From Opitutia bacterium (GTDB lineage Bacteria; Verrucomicrobiota; Verrucomicrobiia; Opitutales; T3Sed10-336), in the NCBI GenBank assembly GCA_050506795.1, contig JBJHCF010000010.1:42061-106060 (forward strand): 64,000 nt of DNA, given 5' to 3'. Each line of letters starts with the position of its first letter. Within the stretch, counting starts at the first letter, position 1. The notes beneath the pieces are model-generated. The model was not told where the DNA came from. It worked only from the letters and a program-made list of their open reading frames with translations, and did no database searches. Position numbers and translations under genes: made by a program. This document shows, in pieces, positions 27,964-39,241 of the stretch.

Positions 27964-29754
27964 ATGGCTCCACACATCGAGGAAACCGGCTTTCAGTCCG
28001 CACCCGTATCGCCGGGTCATGACGGCCTTTCCACGATCGACGCCTTAAAAGAGCGCTTTGGGGGTGACGCCTTTACCGAACAAGCCACCCGGGACTCTTT
28101 CCCCACGTTGTGGGTTCGCGCCGAACAGATCCCGGAAATCCTGCGCTTTCTCAAGCACAAGGCGCGCCCGCGCTTTCCGATGCTTTACGACCTCACGGCC
28201 ATCGACGAACGCACCCGTGCCGACCGGCCGGATAGCGATTACACCGTCGTATACCACCTGCTCTCGCTGGAGCCCTTCCTGGAACTCCGGCTCAAAGTGG
28301 CCCTGCGGGAAAGCGCCCTCTCGGTCCCGTCGATCACCGGCCTCTGGCCCACGGCGAGTTGGTACGAGCGCGAGGTCTGGGACATGTTCGGCATCCGCTT
28401 CGACGGTCACCCCAACCTGCGCCGGCTGCTGATGCCGCCGACCTGGAAGGGCCACCCGCTGCGCAAGGATCACCCGGCGCGGGCCACGGAAATGGGCCGC
28501 TTCAGCATGTCGGAGGAGCGTCACATCGAAGAGGAGGAGGCCCTGCGCTTCAAACCGGAGGACTGGGGTATGGAGCGGCAAAGCGACGAGGCCGACTTCA
28601 TGTTCCTCAACATCGGCCCCCAGCACCCGGGCACCCACGGGGTCATCCGCCTGGTGCTCCAACTCGACGGCGAGGAAATCCTCGATGTCGTTCCGGAAAT
28701 CGGCTTTCACCACCGCGGCGCGGAAAAGATGGGGGAACGCCAGTCGTGGCACACCTACATTCCCTATACCGACCGCGTCGACTACCTGAGCGGCGTGATC
28801 AACAACCTGCCCTACCTCCTGGCGGTCGAACGGCTGGCCGGGATCGAGGTTCCCGACCGGGCCAAGGTGATTCGGATCATGCTCTGCGAACTGTTCCGCA
28901 TCTCCAATCACCTCGTCTGGTACGGCACCTACGCCCAGGACGTCGGGCAAATGTCGCCGGTCTTCTACATGTTCAACGACCGTGAACGCCTGCTGGGCAT
29001 CATCGAGGCCATCTGCGGCGCCCGCATGCACCCGAACTGGTTCCGCATCGGCGGCGTGGCGGCGGACCTGCCCGCCGGCTGGGACCGGCTGGTGCGGGAG
29101 TTCCTGGAATACTTTCCGTCCAAGATCGACGAATACGACGCCATGGTCATGGGCAACGGTATCCTCAAGGCCCGCACCAAGGGGATCGGCGTTTACAACA
29201 CCGAAGAGGCCATCGAATGGGGCGTGACCGGCCCCAGCCTGCGCGCCACCGGCATGGAGTGGGATCTGCGCAAGGTGCGTCCCTACAGCGGCTACGACCA
29301 GTTCGAATTCGATGTGCCCATCGCCCACAATGGCGACTGCTACGACCGCGGACTGGTGCGGATCGAGGAGATGCGCCAGAGCCTGCGCATCATCCGGCAG
29401 TGCCTGGACAACATGCCGGAAGGTCCCTACAAAGCCGATCATCCCCTCACCACCCCGCCGGTCAAGGACCGAACCATGCACGACATCGAAACCCTGATCA
29501 CCCATTTCCTCAGCGTGAGCTGGGGTCCGGTGATCCCGGCCGGTGAAACCTCCGGCTGCGTGGAAGGGACCAAGGGGCTCTACAGCTACTACCTGATCAG
29601 CGAAAAGAGCCCCATCCCCTACCGCGTGCGTATCCGCACGTCCTCCTTCCCCCACATGCAGATCATTCCTTTCATCAGCCGAGGTCACACCGTGCCCGAC
29701 CTGCTCGCCATCATCGGCGCCACCGACTTCGTGCTGGCCGATATCGACCGGTAG
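27964..29754 (+). CDS. nuoC: NADH-quinone oxidoreductase fused subunit C/D (set 2)
   Basis: [19 protein letters not shown] (C) fused to [28 protein letters not shown] (D). Confidence 0.95.
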   Translation: MAPHIEETGFQSAPVSPGHDGLSTIDALKERFGGDAFTEQATRDSFPTLWVRAEQIPEILRFLKHKARPRFPMLYDLTAIDERTRADRPDSDYTVVYHLLSLEPFLELRLKVALRESALSVPSITGLWPTASWYEREVWDMFGIRFDGHPNLRRLLMPPTWKGHPLRKDHPARATEMGRFSMSEERHIEEEEALRFKPEDWGMERQSDEADFMFLNIGPQHPGTHGVIRLVLQLDGEEILDVVPEIGFHHRGAEKMGERQSWHTYIPYTDRVDYLSGVINNLPYLLAVERLAGIEVPDRAKVIRIMLCELFRISNHLVWYGTYAQDVGQMSPVFYMFNDRERLLGIIEAICGARMHPNWFRIGGVAADLPAGWDRLVREFLEYFPSKIDEYDAMVMGNGILKARTKGIGVYNTEEAIEWGVTGPSLRATGMEWDLRKVRPYSGYDQFEFDVPIAHNGDCYDRGLVRIEEMRQSLRIIRQCLDNMPEGPYKADHPLTTPPVKDRTMHDIETLITHFLSVSWGPVIPAGETSGCVEGTKGLYSYYLISEKSPIPYRVRIRTSSFPHMQIIPFISRGHTVPDLLAIIGATDFVLADIDR

Positions 29755-29778
29755 AATTCCAAAATCCAATTCCCAATC

Positions 29779-30243
29779 ATGCTGACTGACAACGAACGCC
29801 GCGAAATCGAAGCCGAACTTCCGCATTATCCGCGGAAGCAGGCGCTTTGTATCGAGGCGCTCAAGGTGGTGCAGCGTCACCGCGGGTGGGTGGACGACGA
29901 GGCGCTGCGGGATGTGGCGGAGTTCCTTGAGATGAGCACACACGAAGTCGACAGCGTGGCCACCTTTTACAACCTGATCTACCGGCGCGAGGTGGGGAAA
30001 CACGTGATCCACCTCTGCGACAGCGTCTCCTGCTGGGTCATGGGGTGCGACCGCCTCCGCAAACACCTGGAGGATTCGCTCGGCGTCAAGATGGGGCAAA
30101 CCACCCGGGACGGCAAATTCACCCTGCTGCCCATTCCCTGCCTGGGCGATTGTCATCGCGCCCCGTCGGTCATGATCGGACGGGACCTGCACAGCGATCT
30201 CACTCCGGAAAAAATCGACGACATTCTGCGAGAATGCGGCTGA
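29779..30243 (+). CDS. nuoE: NADH-quinone oxidoreductase subunit E
   Basis: VATFY, CDSVSC...CLGDC 2Fe-2S ligands. Confidence 0.95.
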   Translation: MLTDNERREIEAELPHYPRKQALCIEALKVVQRHRGWVDDEALRDVAEFLEMSTHEVDSVATFYNLIYRREVGKHVIHLCDSVSCWVMGCDRLRKHLEDSLGVKMGQTTRDGKFTLLPIPCLGDCHRAPSVMIGRDLHSDLTPEKIDDILRECG

Positions 30244-30247
30244 ACGT

Positions 30248-31540
30248 ATGGAAAAACCTCTGACAGAGCACATCCGGCCCGACGGGTCCCCGCTCGAACT
30301 CGCCGCCTACGAAAAGAGCGGCGGGTACGAGGCACTGCGTCAGGTGCTGAAGGAGCTGTCGCCAAAGGAGGTGACGGCGCGGGTCGAGGAGTCGAAGCTG
30401 CGCGGCCGCGGCGGCGCCGGGTTTTCCACCGGCATGAAGTGGAGTTTTGTTCCCATGGGAGACGACGCCCCGCGGCAGAAATATTTCGTCTGCAACGCCG
30501 ACGAAATGGAGCCGGGCACATTCAAGGACCGCTACCTGATGGAGGGAAACCCGCACCTCCTGCTCGAAGGCATGATTCTCGGCGCCTACGCCATCCAGGC
30601 CCCCACCGGCTACATTTTCCTGCGCGCGGAGTACCGCACATCCGAGGAGGCGCTGGCCCAAGCCATCAGCGAGGCCCGCGACGCCGGGTACCTGGGAGAA
30701 AACATCCTGGGATCCGGGTTCGACCACGACATTCACCTCCACACCAGCGCCGGCCGCTACATCTGCGGCGAGGAAACCGCTCTCCTTAACGCCCTGGAAG
30801 GCAAACGGGCCGTGCCGCGAGCCAAGCCGCCCTTCCCTCCGGTGGTCGGCCTGTGGGGCAAACCGACCATCGTCAACAACGTCGAAACTCTCTGTAACAT
30901 CCCCCCCATCCTGCGCCTGGGCCCCGACTGGTTCAAAGGGCTGGGTCACAACGGCGAAGCGGGCACCAAACTTTACGGGGTCAGCGGGCGGGTCAATCGC
31001 CCGGGCCTCTGGGAGCTGCCCATCGGCACGCCGCTGCGCGAAATCATCGAAGAACACGCCGGCGGCATGCGCGAAGGCTACCGCTTCCGCGGCGTGATCC
31101 CCGGCGGGGCCTCCACCGATTTCCTGGTGGAGGAACACCTGGACCTGCCGATGGATTTCAACCACGTGCAAAAGGCGGGGAGCCGTCTGGGCACCGGCAC
31201 CATGATCGTCCTCGACGACCGCACCTGCCCGGTGGGCATGGTGCTCAACCTGGAACGCTTCTTCGCCCGCGAATCCTGCGGCTGGTGCACCCCCTGCCGC
31301 GACGGCCTTCCCTGGGTGGAAAAGATCCTCGACGACATCGAACGGGGCGGCGGACGCGAGGACGACCTCGTCCTCCTGCGGCAGCACGCCAAATCCCTCG
31401 GTCCCGGCCGCACCTTCTGCGCCTTCGCCCCCGGCGCCGTCGAGCCCCTGCAAAGCGCCCTCAAGTATTTCGAAGACGACTTCCGCCGCCACTTCAATTC
31501 CACCGGCTGCCCGTATCAAACCCAACCCGCAACCGTCTGA
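30248..31540 (+). CDS. nuoF: NADH-quinone oxidoreductase subunit F
   Basis: LRGRGGAGF.TG.KW, NADEMEPGTFKD, YICGEETAL, ESCGWCTPCRDG. Confidence 0.97.
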   Translation: MEKPLTEHIRPDGSPLELAAYEKSGGYEALRQVLKELSPKEVTARVEESKLRGRGGAGFSTGMKWSFVPMGDDAPRQKYFVCNADEMEPGTFKDRYLMEGNPHLLLEGMILGAYAIQAPTGYIFLRAEYRTSEEALAQAISEARDAGYLGENILGSGFDHDIHLHTSAGRYICGEETALLNALEGKRAVPRAKPPFPPVVGLWGKPTIVNNVETLCNIPPILRLGPDWFKGLGHNGEAGTKLYGVSGRVNRPGLWELPIGTPLREIIEEHAGGMREGYRFRGVIPGGASTDFLVEEHLDLPMDFNHVQKAGSRLGTGTMIVLDDRTCPVGMVLNLERFFARESCGWCTPCRDGLPWVEKILDDIERGGGREDDLVLLRQHAKSLGPGRTFCAFAPGAVEPLQSALKYFEDDFRRHFNSTGCPYQTQPATV

Positions 31541-31716
31541 ATCGATAGACGATAACCGATAACGAAAACCCATAACCGTTAATCTCACGCACCAACTTCC
31601 GTTTGAAACGGAAGTTCGCCCGCTAAAGCAGGGCGCTACTGAAAGTCCGACAACCAAGAAATAACAACCGGCAACCTTTAACCACGAACCAAGAACAGGC
31701 CAAAGGCCTTCCCCCC

Positions 31717-34431
31717 ATGTCCACGATCCACATAGACGGCAAATCCCATCCGGCCGACCCGGGCAAGAACCTCCTTGAGGTGAGCCTGTCGCTCGGATAC
31801 GACCTGCCGTATTTCTGCTGGCACCCGGCGCTGGGTTCGGTGGGAGCCTGCCGCCAATGCGCGGTGCGCCAGTATCGGGACGAGGACGACACAAAAGGGC
31901 AAATCGTCATGGCCTGCATGGTCCCCGCCGCCGACGGAACCCGGATCTCCATCGAAGACGAGGAGGCGCGTGAATTCCGCAAGAGTGTCATCGAGTGGCT
32001 GATGACCAATCACCCCCACGATTGCCCGATATGTGATGAGGGGGGCGAGTGCCACCTGCAGGACATGACCGTTATGACCGGCCACTCCTGCCGCCGCTTC
32101 CGTTTCCGCAAACGCACCTTCACCAACCAGTACCTGGGCCCGTTCATCAATCATGAGATGAACCGCTGTATCCAGTGCTACCGTTGCGTGCGTTTCTACA
32201 AGGATTACGCCGGAGGAAGTGACCTGGACGCCTTCGCCTCCCACAACCATGTGTATTTCGGCCGCTCCGAGGAGGGAGTCCTGGAGAACGAATTCAGCGG
32301 CAACCTGGTGGAGGTCTGTCCCACGGGGGTGTTCACCGACAAAACGCTAAAGAACCACTACACCCGCAAGTGGGACCTGCAGAGCGCTCCCTCGATCTGC
32401 GCCCATTGCGGTCTCGGCTGCAACATCCTGGCCGGCGCCCGTTACGGCGGAGTGCGCCGCATCCTCAACCGCTACCACCACGAGATCAACGGGTACTTTC
32501 TCTGCGACCGGGGCCGCTATGCCTACGAATTCGCCAACCGTCCCGCCCGCATCCGCCATCCCCTTTACCACGAAACGGCGCACGACCCGGACGCCCATTC
32601 ACGGGTGGAGACGCAGCCGGCCAACGAAGCCCTCAGGATCGCCCGTCAACGCCTGCAGGAGGCGCGACGTATTATCGGCATCGGCTCTCCCCGGGCGTCA
32701 TTGGAATCCAACTACGCCCTGCGCGCCCTGGTGGGCGAGGATCATTTCTACAACGGTCTGCCGGCCGCCGAAGCCCACCTCATCGATTTCGCCCTGGACC
32801 TGCTGCGCCACGGCCCGGTACGCGCGTCGACGTTGCACGAGATCGAGAAGGCCGACGCCATCCTGATCCTCGGAGAAGATCTCACCCACACCGCGCCCCG
32901 CATGGCGCTGGCCGTGCGCCAATCTCTCATGCGCGCCCCCGAAGAAAAAGCGCGTTCAGCGGGCGTGCCGCCCTGGAACGCGCGCGCGGTGCGCGATGTG
33001 ATCCAGGAGGAACGCGGGCCTTTGTTTGTCGCCGCGGCGGACCGGACTCCCCTGGACGCTGTCGCCGCCGGCGCCTTGCACCGGGCCCCGGTTGATCTGG
33101 CCCGTTTCGGGTTCGCCGTCGCCCACGCGGTCCACCAGGACGCGCCCGCGGTGGAGGGCTTGTCCGAAGAAGACGCCGCATTCGCCCGGCAGGTTGCCGA
33201 AACCCTGCGGACCGCGAAGAACCCGATCGTGATCAGCGGCACCAGTCTCGGCAGCGAACCGCTGCTGCAATCCGCGGCCAACGTCGCCTGGGCACTGCAG
33301 CAGGCGGGCAAGGACACCGGTCTCAGTCTGGTGGTTCCGGAAGCGAACTCCTTCGGCGTCAGTATGCTCGGAGGACGGCCGCTGCGGGAGGCGTTCGAGG
33401 CGGTCAGCAACGGAAAAGCCGACGCGGTAATTATTCTGGAGAACGATCTCTATCGTCGCACCCACGACCTGGACGTGGACCATTTCCTGGAAGGTTTGGA
33501 CACCGTGATCGCCCTGGACTCCCTGCGCAACCGCACCACCGACCGGGCTCACCTGGTGTTCCCCGCCGGGACCTTCGCCGAAAGCGGCGGCACCCTGGTG
33601 AACAACGAAGGCCGCGCCCAACGTTTCTTCCAGGTGCTGCCTCCGACCGGCGACGTCGCCGAGTCGTGGCGTTGGCTGGGCCGGCTGAGCATGGGCGCCG
33701 CTCCCAGCGACGAACCTCGCTGGACGACGCTCGACGAAGTCATCAATGCCCTCGCCGCCGAGTTGCCCGAACTCGCCGGCGTGCGCCAGGCGGCTCCCGA
33801 TGCGGAATACCGTCACCAGGGCGCCCGCTTCCCGCGCTCCCCCCGCCGCTTCAGCGGGCGCACCGCCATGCTGGCGAATATCGAAGTCAGCGAACCGAAA
33901 CCGCCCGAAGATTCCGACTCCCCGCTCAGCTTCACCATGGAGGGCACGTCGGCCATGCCGCCGGGCGCGTTGGTGAGTCACTACTGGGCGCCCGGTTGGA
34001 ATTCGGTGCAGGCGCTGAACAAATTCCAGGAGGAAGTCGGCGGCCCCAACCGCGGCGGCGACCCGGGGGTGCGCCTGATCGAACCGGAAAAAACGGTCCA
34101 TTCCTATTTCACCGAAATTCCGGCGGCGTTCGTTCCCCCGGAATCCAAGTACCTCGTTATCGGCCTGCATCACATTTTCGGTTCCGAGGAACTCAGCGCC
34201 CACGCACCCGCCATCAACGAACGGGCGCCGCAACCCTACCTGGCCATCAGTCAAGCCGACGCCGAAAAGCGCAACGTCGCGGAGGGCGACGAACTCGCAC
34301 TCCGCCTCTACGGACGGGAACACCAACTCCCCGCCCGCATCCACCCGCACCTCCCGCGGGGCGTGTTGGGCATTCCCGTGGGTCTGCCCGGTCTCACCGG
34401 CCTGGTGCTGCCCACGGACGGGCACCTGTGA
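31717..34431 (+). CDS. nuoG: NADH-quinone oxidoreductase subunit G (long type, with N7 cluster motif)
   Basis: FCWHP..GACRQC, HPHDCPICDEGGEC, RCIQCYRC, CAHCGLGC...C; 904 aa. Confidence 0.96.
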   Translation: MSTIHIDGKSHPADPGKNLLEVSLSLGYDLPYFCWHPALGSVGACRQCAVRQYRDEDDTKGQIVMACMVPAADGTRISIEDEEAREFRKSVIEWLMTNHPHDCPICDEGGECHLQDMTVMTGHSCRRFRFRKRTFTNQYLGPFINHEMNRCIQCYRCVRFYKDYAGGSDLDAFASHNHVYFGRSEEGVLENEFSGNLVEVCPTGVFTDKTLKNHYTRKWDLQSAPSICAHCGLGCNILAGARYGGVRRILNRYHHEINGYFLCDRGRYAYEFANRPARIRHPLYHETAHDPDAHSRVETQPANEALRIARQRLQEARRIIGIGSPRASLESNYALRALVGEDHFYNGLPAAEAHLIDFALDLLRHGPVRASTLHEIEKADAILILGEDLTHTAPRMALAVRQSLMRAPEEKARSAGVPPWNARAVRDVIQEERGPLFVAAADRTPLDAVAAGALHRAPVDLARFGFAVAHAVHQDAPAVEGLSEEDAAFARQVAETLRTAKNPIVISGTSLGSEPLLQSAANVAWALQQAGKDTGLSLVVPEANSFGVSMLGGRPLREAFEAVSNGKADAVIILENDLYRRTHDLDVDHFLEGLDTVIALDSLRNRTTDRAHLVFPAGTFAESGGTLVNNEGRAQRFFQVLPPTGDVAESWRWLGRLSMGAAPSDEPRWTTLDEVINALAAELPELAGVRQAAPDAEYRHQGARFPRSPRRFSGRTAMLANIEVSEPKPPEDSDSPLSFTMEGTSAMPPGALVSHYWAPGWNSVQALNKFQEEVGGPNRGGDPGVRLIEPEKTVHSYFTEIPAAFVPPESKYLVIGLHHIFGSEELSAHAPAINERAPQPYLAISQADAEKRNVAEGDELALRLYGREHQLPARIHPHLPRGVLGIPVGLPGLTGLVLPTDGHL

Positions 34432-34522
34432 GCATGAAAAATTCATCGATAATCGTAAACCTGATCAAAGCCTTCCCTCTGGAGGCGAGTGCTCCGTCGC
34501 TGCCGTTTCCAGTACCTATCGC

Positions 34523-34692
34523 AAATCCAATCGGCGCATGCGCGGCGACGGCGGAGCGTCGCCCTCCAGATTGCGGTTACGAACAGCATGAATCCGGTCC
34601 GCCAGAGATTAACAACATCAAATCCAATCGGCGCGGGCGCGGCGACGGCGGAGCGTCGCCCTCCAAAATGCGGTTGCACAAAGCATGAATCC
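34523..34692. repeat. Imperfect tandem duplication (97-bp period) carrying TGGAG-type REP-like palindromes
   Basis: AAATCCAATCGGCGC..GCGCGGCGACGGCGGAGCGTCGCCCTCCA...GCATGAATCC at 34523 and 34620. Confidence 0.8.
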
Positions 34693-35641
34693 AATCCTCC
34701 AGAGTTTCCTCGTCATACACGGCGTCCTCATCGGATTGATGACGCTGGCGGGGGTCATGGTGTGGGTCGAACGCCGGCTGCTGGCGCTGTGGCAGGACCG
34801 GCTGGGACCGAACCGTTGCGGTCCGTTTGGTTTTTTAATCTTTGTGGCCGACGGGATCAAGATGATCTGGAAGGAAGACTGGATTCCGCCCCACGCGGAC
34901 AAACCCGTGTTCGTCCTGGCGCCGGCGATCATCGTGATCACCGCCCTGCTTTCTTTCGCCATAATTCCGGTGGCTCCGGGAATCCTGATTCTCGACGTGA
35001 ACATCGGCATTCTCTTCTTCCTCGCCCTGTCCTCCATGGGCATCTACAGCACCGTGCTGGCCGGTTGGGCCTCCAACAACAAGTACTCCCTGCTGGGCGG
35101 TCTGCGCATGTCGGCGCAGATGTTCAGCTACGAGGTGTTTATGGGACTGGCCCTCATGGGTGTGGTGATCCTTTCCGGATCCCTAAACCTGCGCGAGATC
35201 GTGGAATCCCAGGCGGGGATGTGGTACGTGATTCCCCAGTTTCTCGGGTTCCTGATCTTCTTCTTCGCCGGTCTGGCGGAGACCCACCGGCTGCCCTTCG
35301 ACATGCCGGAGGCGGAAAGCGAACTGATCGCCGGATTCCACACCGAATACTCCAGCTTAAAATTCGGCATGTTCTTCGTCGGAGAATACGTCGGCGTCAC
35401 CGTTATCTCCGCCCTCATGGTCACCCTTTTCTTCGGCGGCTGGCAGGGACCGGTGCTGCCTCCCATCGTCTGGTTCATGCTCAAGACGCTGGCCTTCATC
35501 CTCTTTTTCATCCTCCTGCGCGCCGCCATCCCGCGTCCGCGCTTCGACCAACTGCTCGCCTGCGGCTGGAAATACATTCTTCCCCTGGCTCTTTTGAACC
35601 TGATCGTCACCGGCGCGGTAGTCCTGGCCCGGGCAAACTAG
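34685..35641 (+). CDS. nuoH: NADH-quinone oxidoreductase subunit H
   Basis: ERRLLALWQDRLGPNR, SNNKYSLLGGLR, AETHRLPFDMPEAESEL, PRPRFDQ. Confidence 0.96.
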   Translation: MNPILQSFLVIHGVLIGLMTLAGVMVWVERRLLALWQDRLGPNRCGPFGFLIFVADGIKMIWKEDWIPPHADKPVFVLAPAIIVITALLSFAIIPVAPGILILDVNIGILFFLALSSMGIYSTVLAGWASNNKYSLLGGLRMSAQMFSYEVFMGLALMGVVILSGSLNLREIVESQAGMWYVIPQFLGFLIFFFAGLAETHRLPFDMPEAESELIAGFHTEYSSLKFGMFFVGEYVGVTVISALMVTLFFGGWQGPVLPPIVWFMLKTLAFILFFILLRAAIPRPRFDQLLACGWKYILPLALLNLIVTGAVVLARAN

Positions 35642-35828
35642 TCAAATCGCACCACGAAAATGACAACGCAAGAATTCAGTTTTGGACTTTCCTTCGTAAC
35701 CTCGGCATTGGAGGGCGACGCTCCGCCGTCGCCGCAGGCGTCCGGGCGGGGCAACACTCTGAGACAACGGCCATGACGGAGCATGGCCCTCCACGACAAA
35801 TTCGCAATCCACAATCCAAAATCTGATC

Positions 35829-36341
35829 ATGCTCAGTAACGTTAGAACCCTATGGCTGGTCTTTAAACACCTGTTTCGCAAAAAGGTCACCATCCAGTAC
35901 CCGGAGGAAAAAGCCTACCTGGCGCCGAGGTACCGCGGACGAATCGTTTTGACCCGCGACCCGGACGGAGGAGAGCGCTGTGTGGCGTGTTATCTGTGCG
36001 CGGTGGCGTGTCCGGTGGACTGCATCGCCCTCGATTCGGCCGAGAGCAAAGACGGCCGGCGTTATCCCGGCACCTTCCGGATCAATTTTTCGCGCTGCAT
36101 TTATTGCGGCTTTTGCGAGGAAGCCTGTCCCACCTACGCCATCCAACTCGTGCCCGATGTGGAAATGGCGGAATACAACCGCCAGAATATGGTTTATGAA
36201 AAGGAACACCTCCTGATCGACGGCCAGGGCAAGTATCACGGGTACAACTACTACAAAGTGGCCGGACTCGCCATCGGCGGGAAAGGGAAAGGAGAAGCCG
36301 AGAACGAAGATCCGCCCATCGATCCCAAAGGTCTGCTCTAA
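35829..36341 (+). CDS. nuoI: NADH-quinone oxidoreductase subunit I
   Basis: [12 protein letters not shown] and [12 protein letters not shown], 2x[4Fe-4S]. Confidence 0.96.
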   Translation: MLSNVRTLWLVFKHLFRKKVTIQYPEEKAYLAPRYRGRIVLTRDPDGGERCVACYLCAVACPVDCIALDSAESKDGRRYPGTFRINFSRCIYCGFCEEACPTYAIQLVPDVEMAEYNRQNMVYEKEHLLIDGQGKYHGYNYYKVAGLAIGGKGKGEAENEDPPIDPKGLL

Positions 36342-36352
36342 ACAATCGAACC

Positions 36353-36925
36353 GTGGAAATCGCCTTTTACATCGTCGCCGCCATTGCGATCATCACCACC
36401 GCGCGAGTGGTGACGCACACGCATGTGGTGCACGCGCTGCTGTACTTTATCGTTTCCCTCCTGTCGGTGGCCCTGCTCTTTTACCTGCTCGGCGCACCCT
36501 TCGTGGCGGCGCTGGAGGTCATTGTTTACGCCGGCGCGATCATGGTGCTGTTTCTGTTTGTGATCATGATGCTCAACATGGGCCGCGACCAGCAGGAACA
36601 GGAACAGTCCTGGCTAAAGCCCGGCGCCTGGGCCGGCCCGGGAGTGGTTTCGGCGATTCTCCTCGGGGTGCTCGGCTGGGTTCTGTCCGAAGGGGAATCC
36701 GCCCCGATGCGCGGCGAAGTTGTCGGGCCGGAAGAAGTCGGCCTGGCCCTTTTCGGGCCCTACCTGATCGGAGTGCAACTGGCGGCCCTGCTTCTGCTGG
36801 CGGGCCTGGTGGGGGCCTCTCACCTGCGCCGTCACGAGCGTCGCACCATCATGAAGACTGAACCTGAAGACGCATCGGATACCGGTTCGGCAGGTTCCTC
36901 GAACGGGAAAGGAGGGAAGGCGTGA
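36353..36925 (+). CDS. nuoJ: NADH-quinone oxidoreductase subunit J (set 2)
   Basis: [27 protein letters not shown]. Confidence 0.94.
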   Translation: MEIAFYIVAAIAIITTARVVTHTHVVHALLYFIVSLLSVALLFYLLGAPFVAALEVIVYAGAIMVLFLFVIMMLNMGRDQQEQEQSWLKPGAWAGPGVVSAILLGVLGWVLSEGESAPMRGEVVGPEEVGLALFGPYLIGVQLAALLLLAGLVGASHLRRHERRTIMKTEPEDASDTGSAGSSNGKGGKA

Positions 36926-37233
36926 TGGCGGAAATCCCCCTGGAACACAGCCTGTTTCTGGCCGCGACGCTCTTTTCCCTGGGGCTGCTTACGCTGCTGG
37001 TGCGACGGAACCTGATCATGATGCTGGTCGGGGTCGAAATCATGCTTAACGCCGCCGGTCTGGCCTTCGTCGCGGCCGGCGCCCACTGGGGGCAGGCGGA
37101 CGGACAGGTCATGTTCATTTTCATTCTCACCATGGCCGCCGCCGAGGTGGCCATCGGCCTGGCCATCCTTCTCCAGGTCTATTGGCGCTACGGCAGTCTC
37201 GACGCCGACCTTGCAACCACCATGAAAGGCTGA
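36922..37233 (+). CDS. nuoK: NADH-quinone oxidoreductase subunit K (set 2)
   Basis: [27 protein letters not shown]. Confidence 0.95.
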   Translation: MMAEIPLEHSLFLAATLFSLGLLTLLVRRNLIMMLVGVEIMLNAAGLAFVAAGAHWGQADGQVMFIFILTMAAAEVAIGLAILLQVYWRYGSLDADLATTMKG

Positions 37234-37236
37234 CCC

Positions 37237-39126
37237 ATGCTCGATCTCCTGTGGCTCATTCCGGCTCTTCCCTTCGCGGGCTTCCTGGTTCTGGCGCTGG
37301 CCGGAAACCTCCCCCGCGTCGCGGTGGCGGCGACGGGGTGCGGCACGGTGGGATTGTCCGCGGTGATCGCCCTGCTGATCTGTATCCAGTTTGTCAACTC
37401 GCCGCCCCCCGGCGACGCCTTCACCCAAACCCTGTGGACCTGGTTCGAGGCCGGGGGCTTCTCCGCCGGAATCGCCTTTCACCTGGACGCGCTTTCCATG
37501 GTGATGGTGATGGTCATCACCGGGGTCGGATTCCTCATTCACCTGTACTCCTCGGAGTACATGGAAAGCGACGACGGTTACCAGCGCTTCTTCGCCTACC
37601 TCAACCTGTTCGTCGGCGCCATGCTGGTGCTGGTGTTGGCGGACAACCTGGTGCTGCTCCTGCTGGGCTGGGAGGGCGTGGGGCTTTGCAGCTACCTGCT
37701 GATCGGCTTTTGGTACCGTGATCCGGAAAACGGATACGCCGCCCGCAAGGCCTTTGTGGTGACCCGCATCGGTGACACCGCGCTCCTGCTGGGCTTGTTC
37801 CTCATTTTCGCCGAACTGGGAACTTTGCACATCCAGGACCTGCTTGGCGCGGCGCGGGAAACCTGGGAACCCGGTTCCGGAATCGCGCTGGCGGCGGCCC
37901 TGCTGCTACTCGGCGGCGCACTGGGCAAATCGGCGCAGCTCCCGCTGCAAACCTGGCTGCCGGACGCGATGGCGGGCCCCACCCCGGTCAGCGCCCTGAT
38001 TCACGCCGCCACCATGGTGACGGCGGGAGTCTACCTCATCGCGCGCACCCACCCGATTTTCGAACTGGCCCCGGCCGCCATGCTGACGGTGGCCCTGATC
38101 GGCGCGGTCACCCTTCTGGTGGCGGGTTTTTCGGCCCTGGCCCAGAGTGATATCAAACGGGTCCTGGCCTACTCCACCATCAGCCAGCTCGGCTACATGT
38201 TCCTGGCGCTGGGCGTCGGCGCCTGGTCTGCGGCCCTGTTCCATTTCATGACCCACGCCCTGTTCAAGGCGCTGCTCTTCCTGGCGGCCGGGGCGCTGAT
38301 CCTCTCCCTGCACCATGAGCAAAACATGTTCAAGATGGGCGGCCTGCGAAAGAAGCTGCCGGTGGTCTTCTGGACTTTCCTCATCGGATCGGTCTCGCTG
38401 GCGGCGCTGCCGCTGATCGGCTCCGGTTTCTACAGCAAGGAGAAGGTCCTTTGGGACGTCTGGATTTCCCCGCATGGCGGTCCCGCCTTGTGGGCGGCGG
38501 GGGTGGCCGGGGCGGTGGTCACCGCGCTCTACACCTTCCGCATGGTTTTCCTCACCTTTTTTGGCGAGGCCAAAACCGATGTCTCACACCGGCCGCGGGG
38601 ACGGGTGGCGGCGGTGCTGATCATCCTGGCAGTGCTCTCGACTCTCGGCGGCGGGGTGGAGTTGCCGCACACCTTCGGACACGTGACCTTTTTCTCCGAC
38701 TTCGTCCACACCGCGCTGCCCACGGAAGTGATCCTGCCGCCCGGACTGGACGCGGAACTCTGGGCCGTGCTGATCATCGCCTCGGGGCTGGTGGTGCTGG
38801 GCACGGCGGCGGCGTGGTTCCTGTACGTCAAGCGTGCGGACCTTCCCGAACGCCTGGCATCGTCACCACCCGGCGACCTATTGCGCCGATTCTGGCTCTC
38901 GGGCTGGGGTTTCGACCGGATCTATGACGCGTTGGTGGTGACTCCATTCCAACTGGCGGCGCGCATCAACCGGCGCGACATCATCGATTACCTCTACGCC
39001 TGCATCGCCGGTCTCACCCGGGCGCTGCACGTGCTCCTGAGTGAAACCCAAACCGGACGCCTGCGCTGGTACGCGCTGGTCCTCACCGCCGGCACGGTGG
39101 TCCTTATCCTCATCGCCCTCAAGTGA
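37237..39126 (+). CDS. nuoL: NADH-quinone oxidoreductase subunit L (set 2)
   Basis: GWEGVGLCSY, GKSAQLPLQTWLPDAMAGPTPVSALIHAATMV. Confidence 0.96.
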   Translation: MLDLLWLIPALPFAGFLVLALAGNLPRVAVAATGCGTVGLSAVIALLICIQFVNSPPPGDAFTQTLWTWFEAGGFSAGIAFHLDALSMVMVMVITGVGFLIHLYSSEYMESDDGYQRFFAYLNLFVGAMLVLVLADNLVLLLLGWEGVGLCSYLLIGFWYRDPENGYAARKAFVVTRIGDTALLLGLFLIFAELGTLHIQDLLGAARETWEPGSGIALAAALLLLGGALGKSAQLPLQTWLPDAMAGPTPVSALIHAATMVTAGVYLIARTHPIFELAPAAMLTVALIGAVTLLVAGFSALAQSDIKRVLAYSTISQLGYMFLALGVGAWSAALFHFMTHALFKALLFLAAGALILSLHHEQNMFKMGGLRKKLPVVFWTFLIGSVSLAALPLIGSGFYSKEKVLWDVWISPHGGPALWAAGVAGAVVTALYTFRMVFLTFFGEAKTDVSHRPRGRVAAVLIILAVLSTLGGGVELPHTFGHVTFFSDFVHTALPTEVILPPGLDAELWAVLIIASGLVVLGTAAAWFLYVKRADLPERLASSPPGDLLRRFWLSGWGFDRIYDALVVTPFQLAARINRRDIIDYLYACIAGLTRALHVLLSETQTGRLRWYALVLTAGTVVLILIALK

Positions 39127-39241
39127 AAATCCAGGAAGCAATCGTTAACCACAAAGATCAAAGAGAACACAAAACGACGCTGGCTCGCCCGCTAAAGCAG
39201 GGCGCCATTGAAAGTCCGACAACCGATAACCGATAACCAGA

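Noticed and set aside
28045..34446. Long minus-strand ORFs (742, 564 and 496 aa)
   Set aside because: Antisense shadows of nuoCD, nuoE/F and nuoG.
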